Shown here: positions 39,705 to 52,834 of the stretch, piece by piece
Position numbering within the stretch: the stretch's first letter is position 1
Layout: each line of letters starts with the position of its first letter
Source: Octopus vulgaris
Taxonomy: Eukaryota
Assembly (NCBI GenBank): GCA_951406725.2
Contig: OX597817.1
Coordinates: 62,868,001-62,932,000 of the forward strand
Length of the DNA stretch: 64,000 nt
Reading direction: 5' to 3'
Position numbers and translations under genes: made by a program
The notes under the pieces: generated by a model
Databases searched by the model: none
The model's input: the letters and a program-made list of their open reading frames with translations, nothing else
Told to the model about the DNA's origin: nothing

Positions 39705-39708
<4 letters not shown>
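39449..39708. repeat. 70-bp perfect inverted repeat enclosing the 3' half of a hammerhead
   Basis: Arms 39449-39518 and 39639-39708 are identical; the spacer starts ATGAT-AGGT(AAAC)ACCT-T-GAAAC-TCGA-GTC. Confidence 0.9.
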
Positions 39709-39742
<34 letters not shown>

Positions 39743-40076
39743 TAATATCTGTATGTAAGTATGTAATATATATATACTTATATAAAAGTTTTTGGAAGAA
39801 GATAAAAATTTCAGTTATCGGTAATTTATATCCAGGAAACGAAATCGTGCTTACCAGTGATGGGATACATGTTTATATTAAAATTTCAAATAATAGTAAG
39901 AAAATTAAAAAAATAAAAAATAAGACATATAATGGAAATAATAGGATATAAAATGTAGATGAACTAATATATAATAACATGAAAAACCGTGCATATGTAT
40001 GTAGATACATGTATTCGAAGGTGAATAAATAGAGTTTCATAATACGAGATGTCATAAAGGTAAAAGTAAATTAAAA

Positions 40077-40483
40077 GGATCTTTTCGGTTTGACCGGCAG
40101 TTTTTACTAGCGGTGTCATATGAAATTCTCACCCATAATTATGACCCTAGTATCGATCTATTGCATTTCAATCTGTTTTAGGGTTAGGGTTAGGGTTAGG
40201 GGTGGGGGAAGGGTATCTTTTTTTTCTGCAGAAATGTAAATAAACCCAATATGTTTTTTAAACGAGGGACATATTCATACGGCACAGAATGTTTTCACCC
40301 CAATAGAATAAATTTCAGAAATTGAATAAAAAAACAACAAATATCTTACAAGCTATAGAATTTTCTCAATAAAGCCAAGAGAAAAAGATGTTTTATAAAC
40401 ACATTCTACCAGTATACGAAGTTTTAAATTTTTTAGTTAACTAGAAATTATGTTAAAAACTGCCGTTCAAACCGAAAAGATCC
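40077..40483. mobile_element. MITE with 29-bp TIRs and 8-bp TSD (Merlin-like), containing (TTAGGG)4
   Basis: GGATCTTTTCGGTTTGA(C/A)CGGCAGTTTTT at both ends; AATTAAAA on both flanks. Confidence 0.85.
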
Positions 40484-40516
40484 AATTAAAATCATGAAAA
40501 ATGAAAGTGATTTAAA

Positions 40517-40600
40517 AGCTATAGCTGTTTCAGAATATATTAAGGGGCTGCAGGAACAGTCCATGTTCAACTCCATCGAATAATACTTCCTTCATCAAGG
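40517..40600 (-). ncRNA. Decayed type I hammerhead motif
   Basis: TTGATGA-AGGAAGTAT..ATATTCT-GAAAC-AGCT-ATA; core substitutions present. Confidence 0.45.
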
Positions 40601-40856
40601 TTCACTGTTTGTGGTAAGGTTCAGTTAAAATTCTACATGATGAATTGGTGGGTGGACATCGAGTGGTTAAATAATTAACTACGAACTACGGAAAATTTCA
40701 TCAGCACTCTCCATGTCAGCTTGAAACCAGACTGGGTGCAGCCGATACCATAAAAAATTGATAATTATCTGACCACTAGCTTCCCTGAACTTGGTTTATG
40801 GTAGAAATGCTAGCAATGTCTTTGCTATTCTTACTATCAATATTGTTACTATTGTT

Positions 40857-41470
40857 AAGAATCGGTAACACGCCGGGTAAAATAGCTAGCATCATTTATT
40901 CCGTCTTTACGTTCTGAATTCAAATTCTGTCGTGGCCAACTTTGCCTTTCCTCTTTCGGGGTCGATAAAGTAAGTACCAGTTGAGTTCTGGGGTCGAGGT
41001 AATCGACTTCTCTCCTCCCCCGAAATTGCTGGCCGTGTGCCAAATTTAAGTCAGTGAGCTGGCAGAATCGTTAACACGCCGGGTAAAATGCTTCGCGACA
41101 TTTCGTCCGTCTTTGCGATCTAAGTTCAAATTCCACCGAGGTCGACTCTGCTATTCATCCTTTCGTGGTCGACCATTGAGGTCGATGTAATCTTGTTGCC
41201 CCTCTCCCCAAAATTACTGGCCTTGAGCCAAAATTTGGAACCAATGTTATTACTGGTATTACTGTTTACAGAACTGTTACCGTACCGGAAAACTGCTTGA
41301 CGGCATGTCTTCTGATTCTACATTCTGAGTTCAAATTCCGCCAAGATCAACTTTGCCTCTCAATCTTCCGGAATCGATGAAATATTTACCAGTTGAGCTG
41401 TGAAATCGATGTAATCAGCTAGGTCCCTCTCCCAAAATTTCGGATCTGGTGCCTAGAATTGAAAGGATTA
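40857..41470 (+). mobile_element. Tandem cluster of three family A SINEs
   Basis: Three GTTCAAATTC/ATTCAAATTC B-box-like segments with Nin-like cores. Confidence 0.8.
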
Positions 41471-42397
41471 CTAGTACTCCAATATGGACTAAGCCGTAAC
41501 GGAGGAAAAATAAATTCTAAGGAATTAAATATCTGAATGAAATAATAAAATTACGCAGAATTTTATTACTTGTTATTTTATGCGCTTGGTCCACCTTTTA
41601 CAAAAAATAATGCATCAGTGATATGGACATCTTTTAGTGTTTGAAAGTTTTGATCAAATGATTTTTATCTCAGATAAGGATAATCGAGCGCGCGACATAC
41701 CAATTAATCAATATTGAATGTATTATTCTCATGAAGACAGCCTTGCGGCTGTCTGCAAGTTTAAGTGTGTTTTCAAGGCAGGCCGCTATACACTGAATAG
41801 AAACTGTCCTAGTGAATTATCAATGGAGACCTTTAGTCCCTGGGCAATTCGTGTTATCGACAGCTGTTGCCAAAGAACAACAGATCGAAATTAGTTCATA
41901 AAAAATAGTTTTGTAACGTAATCGTATTATAATATATCATTTTAATTAGAATTAAAAAGAATAAATTAATGCCATAGTGAATGCAAAATTTTATGTCGAT
42001 TCTTGTTTATTTTCAATTTTTTTATGAAACTTTCTTGAAGTTTTTCAGGAAAATATAATCACGCCAACGGAATTTTTTTATTTCTTATACTCAGTATTGT
42101 TGTTGATGGATATTAACAGCTTTAATAAAATGTCGTTTTAGTTGTCAAGTAGTGACTGAGTTCTAAGTTAATAAACAATTATATATCTTTCATCTTTTAT
42201 TTCTTTGTTTCTATCTTAGGAGAACAGTCATGCAGGGACACCAGCTTGAAGGATTTTAGTCGGTTCCAGCAGATACTATTTTTTAAAGTCTGGCAGATAT
42301 CCTATCAGTTTCTTTTTTGTTTCTTAGTTTTTTTTATATAGACAAATGCAAACACACAGATAGACAGATACATTTATACATACATACATACATACAT

Positions 42398-42438
<41 letters not shown>

Positions 42439-42547
42439 CACACACATATATATATATACATCTATGTATATATATATATATATTTACATATACATATATA
42501 TATATATATACATATACACACACACAATCACACACACACATACACAC

Positions 42548-42582
<35 letters not shown>

Positions 42583-42713
42583 CATACACATACATACATA
42601 CATATAAATTTAATCCAAACAAACATGAAAACACAAAGAAAAAACACAATAACGCGAAGAAGTGGAACAAGTATAGTGTTATTGGACGCTCAGGAAAGGA
42701 AAGAAAGAAAGGG

Positions 42714-42750
42714 GATCTAACGTTTCGAGCAGAGCTCTTTGTCAGAAACA
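42714..42750 (-). ncRNA. Minimal hammerhead, mutated core (CTGACAA)
   Basis: GTTT-CTGACAA-A-GAGC(TCT)GCTC-GAAAC-GTT-AGAT; homolog of 36577-36613 with a CpG-type G8A change. Confidence 0.65.
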
Positions 42751-43229
42751 TAGGAAAAGGAAAGATACAAGGAAGGGAAGATGGAGGAAAAAAATCGCCA
42801 ACTATACACACGCGGTCACATTTTGAATATATGTATGTATATATATATAAGGTATGTTATGCAGTTTGTGTCAGGAGAATGGACAATAGTGGAAGACACT
42901 TTCTCACGGTGCCGTGCAGGAAAAACTTGGTTACAAATCGAGCTTCTTAACCACACAGTCATGCCTGGGCCATAGTGAAACACATCATCAGTGAATGTGT
43001 GAAAGAGTGAGTAAAATAACGTCTGTGAGCGTGTGTAGAACTAAGAACTGTGCATAACGCATACACAATTGTTGGGCCATGTAGGCATCTTTTCATCAGA
43101 TCACCAAACCACGGAACAAGAAATGTTGTGAACCCAAGAACTCTTGCTAAATAAAACACATTTGTATTGAAATTACTGAAAAGGACATACGCAAAGCAAA
43201 ACAACTATAATCCGTTTTTTCAAAAGGTT

Positions 43230-43420
43230 AATCTCAAAACAGACAAAGCTATAAACTTTAGCGTGTAAACACTGCCTTAAAATACTTTGGATGCAAGAAT
43301 TCTGTCATGTTTACCGGAGAAGTAGGTTTGTGTTCCACGAGCAACCTCCGACTTCTGTCTAAAGGGGGTTTAACCCAATATTTACATGCTATTCTTTATA
43401 GCTTTGTCTGATTCGAGATT
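43230..43420. repeat. MITE-like inverted repeat
   Basis: AATCTCAAAACAGACAAAGCTATAA..AGCGTGTAAA versus TTTACATGCT..TTATAGCTTTGTCTGATTCGAGATT. Confidence 0.65.
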
Positions 43421-43656
43421 CACTGTTCCAACAATGAACACTTTCACGTTCTCTCGAAAGTTTCTAAATTATTATGACGTCAAAAACAAAATATATTTCT
43501 TTTGTCACAAACTTGAAATTATCAATTAACACTGTTTCATAAGTTTAATATATGCTAGAATGCGTAACTATGATTCGCAAGGGAGCATGACGTGACAGCA
43601 AGTACCATGCTGTCGCTAATTCTTTTAAGCGCTTATGTAGTCGCGAACAGAAATAT

Positions 43657-43751
<95 letters not shown>

Positions 43752-44065
43752 TGATCCAGTTGAATATCGAAGAAATGAAAGCTTGAAGGAATAAGTGCTG
43801 CAACATCACCTGGCTGGTACATAATTTCAGCCGTGAAAGGAAGTGCCTTGTACAAGGGCACAACATGTCGACTATTCCGGGAAATGAACGCAAGACCGTA
43901 TGTTTGTGAAGTCAATATTCTAACCACTAAGCCAAGAGAAAAATCCAACATTTTGCGTTTATCTGCATTACAACACATATGCAAATATAATAATAGAGAA
44001 AGACCACTACCTAGATACTTGGTATAAGTCATTTTAGTTTATCACCTATTTCACATATTCGATAA

Positions 44066-45469
44066 CACAGGCTAAAAAAAAAACTTCCTCTTTTGTCAAA
44101 ACATTTGGACCAGTACTAGGTGACTTTTGACACAGAATCTGAAAATGACATTTCTTTATTATCATCGAACCAAGATTTTAAGACACTGGATCCATAGTAT
44201 TTCATTGTTTATTCAATGAAACAGCTTATGAGGAATAAGGCATAACATATAAGCATACACAGAAATTGGTGTTTCTTCAAAACCGGAATTTTTTCGAAAA
44301 ACTTCTACTAAATGCGTAGTTAAATTTTTTTTTGAATTTCCACACACATCATCGCTAATGCCTAATTTTCCATGAATTTACTTTTGAATAATTTTCTCGA
44401 GTGCTGAACCTCAGGAAGATTACGAACGAAGTTCCAGCAATGGTCTACTATCATGTGCAACTCCTCATATGTCTTGATATGTTTGTACCATGTATTTTAC
44501 ATCTTGATAGATACTGTCTCCGTGCTCGTCACTTGTGTCACCAAGATTTTCAGGTCATTATAGAGGTGACTGTGAAGAAAGTGCAGGTTTAGACTAACAT
44601 TTGCTCAAAATTTTGTATGTTCTCCAATATGTTGTCGACTATTTCGACACAGTTGGTTGCTTTCTCGTTGCCAAGAAAGTCATTCAAAACTATTACAAAA
44701 GAATACCACGCTGTTGCTTCAATGAAATTCATTCAATATACAAAATTCCTATCTTCCATCAGTTTTCTGATTTGAGGCCCATCAAATGCTCTAGCTTTTA
44801 TCTTGCCATTGCTCAAACTAGAAAATGTGCTGCAGATATAGTAAAAGCATTGTCCATCTTTATCCAGAACTCTGACAAACTGCTTCATACGACCAGTATG
44901 AAGTTTTATCAAAATCGATTCACAGAAAACTGATAAATCCTAAGTTTCACTCCTAAGCTATTAGCGTTGTTCTGAGTGTATATGTATACATACATACATG
45001 AAATAAGAAAAGTTCTCCTTCCTTTTTAATCTATAGAATTACCATGTAGGATTTCATCGCGAAGGAAACCATCCTGATGAGGGGAGCATTATGTTTTTGT
45101 ATTTGGAGTAGAAGTGGGAGGATTTTACTCCCATTGAACGAAAGGTTCTTCAATGGCATTAAAAGACCCGGAACTAATGTTCACTGCGTCCATTCTTTGA
45201 TCACCAATGATTTTCCCTAGCGCTGCTATCCCACGTGTATAAAAAGCTTGGATATTTGGTCAAACCACTTTCTTGCCCCAGGAGAAAATTGACCATCTCA
45301 AAGTCACCCACTGATGGCTGGGGTGTTTCGGGATCTTGAAATCTAGATGCGAGGGTAAAAAAATGGATTCCGTGTGTGGATTCTGCATATCAAAACATCT
45401 TCAGGTCAGGTCAAAACATCTTCAAGTCAGGTAAAAACGTCCTGACAACAAAATACCTGTTGGGTTGTG
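44066..45469 (-). mobile_element. Chapaev3-like DNA transposon, internally deleted
   Basis: Frameshifted FLGNEKATN..SLNLHFLHSHL..PENLGDTSDEHG..YQD..DHCW at about 44430-44690; candidate CAC...GTG ends (boundaries less certain than the coding match). Confidence 0.6.
44893..45110 (-). repeat. Inverted duplicate of 52703-52923 (TRT left end plus its flank)
   Basis: Colinear reverse complement, including the TIR, the TA, (CATA)n and CATC-CTGATGA-GGGGAGC. Confidence 0.9.
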
Positions 45470-45702
45470 AAAATACCTGTTGGGCCACACCGATTGCTTC
45501 GGCTATTATATATAAACACACACACACACACACACGCTCACACAAATACATACACACACATTAACAAACATTCACATGCAGACAGACAGACAGACAGATA
45601 GAAGAACGGACAAACTGACAAACAGATAGACCGCCAGAAGGGCAGAGAGACAGACACACAGACTTGCACAAAGACATATAGACACACTAAAAACAGATTC
45701 AC

Positions 45703-45816
<114 letters not shown>

Positions 45817-45836
45817 ATAGACATACTGACAGACAG

Positions 45837-45868
<32 letters not shown>

Positions 45869-46532
45869 GCAGGCAGGCAGGCAGACGGACGGACGGACAG
45901 ACAGACAGGTAGACATGCAGACATACAGACAGGCAGACAGGCAGGCAAACAGACAGACAGACAGACATCCGTGCATGTGTATGTCGTTGCTGGAGATCGT
46001 AACCCCGTTACCATTAAATCACTACCAATAAATTCATGCGTGTCTCAAACCTATCCACCAGCTTTAAACTTCGATTACACACTTATTAACTACTACTAAG
46101 TGGTCGTACTACGTGCTGCAGAAAAGAACCAATAAGTCAAACAGTCGTCACTCTCATGAATGTATGGGCTTTCCGCTAACTAAGTGCTGTTCACCAATTT
46201 CCTCCGCTTCTGAAATGTTCTTTTCTTTTTGGATTACATATATTGACTTTTAGTTTAGCCGGGTTTGATCAGTAAAGTGGATCGTTTTAGTTGTGGCATT
46301 TGTGCTTAATAAATACGATCATTTCATATTAATATACTTATCTCAAAGCAAAGTTCCCACTCATTTTGTTTCATGCGCAGTTTTAACCATATTTAGAATG
46401 TCAGTCATTCCTTTTCTCAGATTATTTTCGTCATAAGTTAACGACGTGTTGAAGTATTGGATGAGAGGTTCCCTTGAAATATTAATCTGTTCATCTACTC
46501 CCTCCAGATCGGAGAGGGAAGAAGCATACACA

Positions 46533-46587
<55 letters not shown>

Positions 46588-46666
46588 ACACACATACATA
46601 CATACATACACACATTTAAATATATAGATAAATATGTATATATATAAATATATATATATATAAGCA

Positions 46667-46704
<38 letters not shown>

Positions 46705-46806
46705 CATGAATGTATATGTATATGTGTTTTTGTATATATTTATATGCGTGTGTACGTGTCTGCGTGGATACTTATTTATATTAAAGAGAGAAGAGAGAGA
46801 GAGAGA

Positions 46807-46849
<43 letters not shown>

Positions 46850-47002
46850 AGTGGCAGCGAAAGTGGAAAATCTGAAATACGAAATGAACTGGAAATTTTA
46901 ATCTTTGAAAGCTTGTTCTTATTTCGGCATGGAGGTGGCGGTTGTGGTGGTTATGGTGGTGGTGGTGAAGGTGGTGGTGGTGGTGGTGGTGATGGTAGTA
47001 GT

Positions 47003-48219
47003 GGTTTGTGGTGGTCGTCGTCGTCGTGGTGGCGCGGCGGTGGTGGCGCTGCGGTGGTGGCGCGGCGGTGGTGGAGCGGCGGTGGTGGCGCGGCGGTGGT
47101 GGCGCGGCGGTGGTGGCGCGGCGGTGGTGGCGTGGCGGTGGTGGCGCGGCGGTGGTGGCGCGGCGGTGGTGGCGCGGCGGTGGTGGCGCGGCGGTGGTGG
47201 CGCGGCGGTGGTGGCGCGGCGGTGGTGGCGCGGCGGTGGTGGAGCGGCGGTGGTGGCGGCGGCGGTGGCGCGGCGGCGGTGGCGCGGCGGTGGTGGCGCG
47301 GCGGTGGTGGCGCGGCGGCGGTGGCGGCACGGCGGCGGTGGTTTAGTGCTCGACGCCATCTTATAGCCAAATACATTCCACTCTAAAGCACCCACATTTT
47401 TCTTGTATGCAGAAGACTCATGATTCGTTCCACTCAGTCGAATTTGAATGCTTTTTAACTAAAATGTCTCATAGATTTTAACCGCGAAGTTAAGTAATCA
47501 GAAAAAATCGTTTGTTTCATTTACCAAATTTTCATAGACTGTTTTCCTTGTCTTAACTGTTACAGGTTTGTGGTGGTCGTCGTCGTCGTCGTGGCGCGGC
47601 GGTGGTGGCGCGGCGGTGGTGGCGCGGCGGTGGTGGAGCGGCGGTGGTGGCGCGGCGGTGGTGGCGCGGCGGTGGTGGAGCGGCGGTGGTGGCGCGGCGG
47701 TGGTGGCGCGGCGGTGGTGGAGCGGCGGTGGTGGCGCGGCGGTGGTGGCGCGGCGGTGGTGGCGCGGCGGTGGTGGCGCGGCGGTGGTGGCGCGGCGGTG
47801 GTGGCGCGGCGGTGGTGGCGCGGCGGTGGTGGCGCGGCGGTGGTGGCGCGGCGGTGGTGGCGCGGCGGTGGTGGCGCGGCGGTGGTGGCGCGGCGGTGGT
47901 GGCGCGGCGGTGGTGGCGCGGCGGTGGTGGCGCGGCGGTGGTGGCGCGGCGGTGGTGGCGGCGGCGGTGGTGGCGCGGCGGCGGTGGTTTAGTGCTCGAC
48001 GCCATCTTATGGCCAAATACATTCCACCCTAAAGCACCCACATTTTTCTTGTATGCAGAAGACTCATGATTCGTTCCACTCAGTCGAATTTGAATGCTTT
48101 TTAACTAAAATGTCTCATAGATTTTAACCGCGAAGTTAAACAATCAGAAAAAATCGTTTGTTTCAGTTACCAAATTCTCATAGACTGTTTTCCTTGTCTT
48201 AACTGTTACAGGTTTGTGG
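47003..48219 (+). repeat. Tandem duplication, each unit a GC-rich 14-mer minisatellite (GGCGCGGCGGTGGT)n plus about 225 bp of unique DNA
   Basis: Units 47003-47564 and 47565-48210; GGTTTGTGG at all three junctions. Confidence 0.95.
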
Positions 48220-48408
48220 ATCCGGAATCTATTCCACACGGGTATAGCTGATTTCTCCAAACAACTATTTTGTTACTACGACCATACGTTATTCAACCAC
48301 AGCACTCTATCTTCTTAGATTCACCTCTTGTGATTCATGTGAATATGGATTTGATTTATCTAGGACATACGTTCAAATCTTGACGACTGGAAATAATTCA
48401 GAACAATA

Positions 48409-48785
48409 GGCGCAGGAGTGGCTGTGTGGTAAGTAGCTTGCTTACCAACCACATGGTTCCGGGTTCAGTCCCACTGCGTGGCACCTTGGGCAAGTGTCTT
48501 CTAATTTAGCCTCGGACCGACCAAAGCCTTGTGAGTGGATTTGGTAGACGGAAACTGAAAGAAGCCCGTCGTATATATGTGTTCATGTGTCTGTGTTTGT
48601 CCTCCCCAACATCGTTTGACAACCGATGCTGGTGTGTTTACATCCCCGTAACTTAGCGTTTCGGTAAAAGAGAACGATAGAATAAGTACTAGGCTTACAA
48701 AGAATAAGTCCTGGGGTTGATTTCCTCGACTAAAGGCGGTGCTCCAGTATGTCCGCAGTCAAATGACGGAAACAAATAAAAAGAA
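48409..48785 (+). mobile_element. tRNA-derived SINE (family B), full length
   Basis: A box TGGCTGTGTGG, B box GGTTCAGTCCC, CORE-like GCACCTTGGGCAAG, A-rich tail. Confidence 0.9.
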
Positions 48786-49159
48786 AAAGAACGAAAGAAA
48801 AGAATTGTTGACCTGATGAGGGTTAATGATCCAGATACATGTGTTCAGAATTCTCCAGACGATAAGATTGTCCTTTTCTTTAATGGTATGACAATTACAG
48901 ATAATTCTTGATTTCTGAGATTATACCCACTTCTCAAATGAAGTTAATCGTTACTGCTATTAAATAAGTTTTACACATTCTCTAGAGGCTGAGATGATTT
49001 TAACAAATCAGAATTTATGCTGTATGGTATTTGATATACATGTAGATGCCTATGTTTTTCCCTGCTTTGTCGCCATTGGCTATTGCTACAGAGGAATATT
49101 GTGAGCCGTATATATAAATTTACAGGCAACAGACGTTGTCTATTTTGATAGTATTTATA

Positions 49160-49384
49160 CCTATTTCTTTATTAACCACAAGGGGCTAAACATAGAGGGG
49201 ACAAACAAGGACAGACATAGGTATCAAGTCGATTACATCGACCCCAGTGCGTTACTGGTACTTAATTTATCGACCTCGAAAGGATGAAAGGTAAAGTCGA
49301 CCTCGGCGGAATTTGAACTCAGAACGTAACGGCAGACGAAATACGGCTACGCATTTCGCCCGGCGTGCTAACGGTTCTGCCAGT
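49160..49384 (-). mobile_element. Family A SINE with TSD
   Basis: Reverse-complement copy flanked by AGTATTTATACCT at about 49150-49162 and 49382-49394. Confidence 0.9.
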
Positions 49385-49779
49385 ATTTATACCTGCTTAC
49401 ATACAAATGATATATGAGACGTTGCTGTATTCGGCTCAACTTGAGCCAAACAAAACAAATAACATTACTGGTGTCGATAACTTCTTGTGAAATTCTTACT
49501 ATTTTAACTTAGATTACAATCTGTAATAATATTTTGGTATGGTCTGCGTAAGTATGTCTCTAAAGAAACGTTGACTTAACAAAGAAAAATAAAGCAAAGT
49601 TGTAATTGATTATACATAAAACATTATTTATAAAACACTTCACTGACAAACCATAAAACGACGTCGTAAATGTTTACAGATATATTTGTTTATAAAATTT
49701 GGGAGACATGCCTGATAAATAATAATTTTAAATTAAGGAAGACATGTGTGCGTATGTGTGCACGCGTAAGCATATATCT

Positions 49780-49819
<40 letters not shown>

Positions 49820-50135
49820 AAAGAGAGAAAGAAAGAGGGAGAAAGAAAGTGAGAGAGAGAGAGCGTAATATGTTGTATTCGGTTTCTTAAAGAGTATAAA
49901 AAGTTATAAAAACAAACCTATAACACACGGCACAAAAGTTATGGGAGATATATAATTATATATATTGTGGGAGATATATTTTAAATGCTTCACAACATAT
50001 CAAGACGCGAGGAGATACAGGCTCTGGATAACTTCAACATTACGAAGCATGTAGTAACCCTCTGTGATACGGGTAGAGCTTTGTGAGTGTTGTGTGTGTG
50101 TGTGTAATTATGTGTGTGTGTATGTGTACATATCC

Positions 50136-50180
<45 letters not shown>

Positions 50181-50340
50181 AAATTAAAGTCCAAATGAGG
50201 GTGGAAAAATTGTATATTAATTTAGTAACATCAATTTAACACCAGTGGTTTAGCGCATTAAAAACTGAGATTCAGCAAATAATATTATTAATACACATAT
50301 GAGACAGATTCTCTCTCATATGTGTATTATATATATATAA

Positions 50341-52152
50341 AGAGGTCAAGGATTACTCTCTCGCTCGAATTCCATCCCTCGAAGAGGTCAAAATTGCTAT
50401 CACAGCGATGAAGAACAACAAAGCCGCGGGTCCTGACGGAATCCCAGCTGAGATTTACAAACTGGGAGGTGATTTTGTCCAACACCAGCTCCACCAACTC
50501 TTGGTCAAAATCTGGACAAATGAAGTTGTACCATCCGACTTCAGGGATGCTAACATCATTACCATTTACAAACGAAAGGGCGATCGTTCTGAGTGTGGAA
50601 ATTACCGGTGTATTTCTTTATTAGCAACTGCTGGAAAGATTCTTGCACGCATCCTGAACAACCGCCTCAAAACGCTGTCAGAGACGCAGACCGGCTTTAG
50701 GCCATCACGAAGCACAACCGACATGATCTTCACGCTGCGACAGCTACAAGAAAAATGTCGTGAGCAACACCAACCGCTCTATTTGGCCTTTATCGACCTA
50801 TCCAAAGCCCTTTGATCGTGTCTCGCGAGAGCTCCTCTGGGATATTCTCGCCCAGTATGGATGCCCAGATAAGTTCATCTGGATCCTCAAACTCCTCCAC
50901 GACAATATGCACGCCAGAGTCCAGACCGACGGAGGCAGTTCTGAGCCCTTTAAAGTCACCTCCGGAGTGAAGCAAGGCTGCGTGATAGCGCCAACTCTCT
51001 TTACCATCTTTATCGCGACAGTGTTGCACATCATACGAGATGACCTTCCACCTGGCATCGAGATCTCGTGCAGAATGGACGGCAAGCTTTTCAACCTCGC
51101 TCGCCTCAAAAGTACGTCAAAGACAATGGCGCGAAGCTTGCTAGAGTTCCAATATGCCGACGACAACAGTGTAGCAGCTTACAGAGAGGATCACCTCCAA
51201 CAGATCCTAAATGCTTTTCATCATGCATATACTAAACTTGGACTGAGCATCAACATCAAGAAGACTCACTTACTCTACCAACCTCCTCCCAATGCCCGTG
51301 TTGACAACCCGCCATCGATTCAACTCGAAGGAATTCCACTGGAAAATGTGAACCATTTCTGCTACCTTGGGAGCCATCTGTCAGCAAAGGTAGACCTCAG
51401 CGATGAAATCCAACACCGTCTGAAGTGTGCAGGAACAGCTTTCGGCAAGCTTTGAACAAGAGTTTTTGCTGATCGGGACATCCGAACCGAAACCAAACTC
51501 ATGGTGTACAGGGCAGTCATTATTCCAACCCTCCTTTACGCATCCGAAACCTGGACCCCGTATAGTCACCACCTGAAAACGCTCGAGAAATTTCACCAAC
51601 GCTGTCTTCGGAAGATCCTTAACATCAGCTGGGAAGACAGAAGAACAAACGTCAGCGTGCTACAAGAAGCAAAAATGACCAGCATCGAAGCCTATGTCAT
51701 CAAAGGCCAACTAAGATGGAGCGGCCACGTGGTTAGAATGACTGACGAACGACTTCCCAAACAGATCTTCTACTCCCAACTCAAAGACGGCAAGCGTACA
51801 AAAGGAGGCCAGAAGAAACGCTACAAGGACTCCCTGAAAACGAACCTCAAAAAGTGTGACATCGACTTCACTAACTGGGAGGAAACGGCAAAAAACAGAC
51901 CACTCTGGAAAACCACCATCCATGAGGGAACGGCGACTTTCGAGTCGAAAAGGTCTGCAGAGCTGGAGGAGAAAAGACGACGACGGAAGGAGCGCCAACA
52001 ACAACCACGTGCGACTCTCCCTTCCGGCACTAGATGTCCGCATTGCGACCGATCTTTTCAAGCAAGAATTGGTCTTATCGGTCACCTACGGACTCACCAG
52101 TAAATTTGCGCGAAGACCATCATCCACGACCTTGAGGGATTGCCATCATCAT
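50341..52152 (+). mobile_element. 5'-truncated RTE-clade LINE (RT plus C-terminal C2H2 finger), with one frameshift and one stop
   Basis: KAAGPDGIPAE, QTGFR, FIDLSKA/FD, GVKQGCVIAPTLF, YADD, YLGS, QLRWSGHVVRM, CPHC..HLRTH; frameshift at about 50810, TGA at 51453; (CAT)3 tail. Confidence 0.97.
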
Positions 52153-52169
52153 GAGAGAGATTCTCTCTC

Positions 52170-52206
<37 letters not shown>

Positions 52207-52652
52207 TATTTGTGCATGCTTGTGTGTGAGTGAATGAGTGTGTGAAGGATGACTGTCAAATATATCACATAACGAAAAAAATGTAATTTCTCAGGAGATA
52301 CTTATCAGACATCTAGATCAGTGGTTCTGAAACTTTTCAATAAATTTTACGAGCCGGTTCCCTTACAGTTTTTTCAATGATTCACATTCCCCTATAAAAT
52401 GCAGGATAATCGACATGGAAAAAATTGTTGGATTCAGGTACTGTTGGCTTCAGGTACATGTTGGGTTCAGGTACTGAATGGAGGAGTAACAAATAAAGGG
52501 ATAAAAATTCGGGATAAGGCTTTCTATAAGGAACTGTCGGAATTGTTTAAGAATTTGATGTTTATACGAAATGTCAAAATTTAAAAATTCAGCGGTAAAT
52601 AGGTAGATTAAATAAATATATACAGATTCGGGTGAATTCGGATAAAGGATAT

Positions 52653-52743
52653 CATCTACGGCTGTTTCAGGGATACAATAAATGTATAAATGGCGTTTTA
52701 AGTATTCCTAATACACAAATATAACGCTCCCCTCATCAGGATG
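52653..52743 (-). ncRNA. Type I hammerhead ribozyme motif
   Basis: CATC-CTGATGA-GGGGA..TCCCT-GAAAC-AGCC-GTA-GATG. Confidence 0.85.
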
Positions 52744-52834
52744 GTTTCCTTCGCGATGAAATCCCACATGGTAATTCTAGAGATTAAAAAGGAAGGAGAA
52801 CTTTTCTTATCTCATGTATGTATGTATACATATA

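Noticed and set aside
40178-40208. Telomere or chromosome-fusion site
   Set aside because: Only four units, internal to a MITE.
46706-48069. Overlapping Gly/Arg/Trp- and Pro/His-rich ORFs
   Set aside because: Open in all six frames because the 14-mer repeat has no stop codon; no coding signal.
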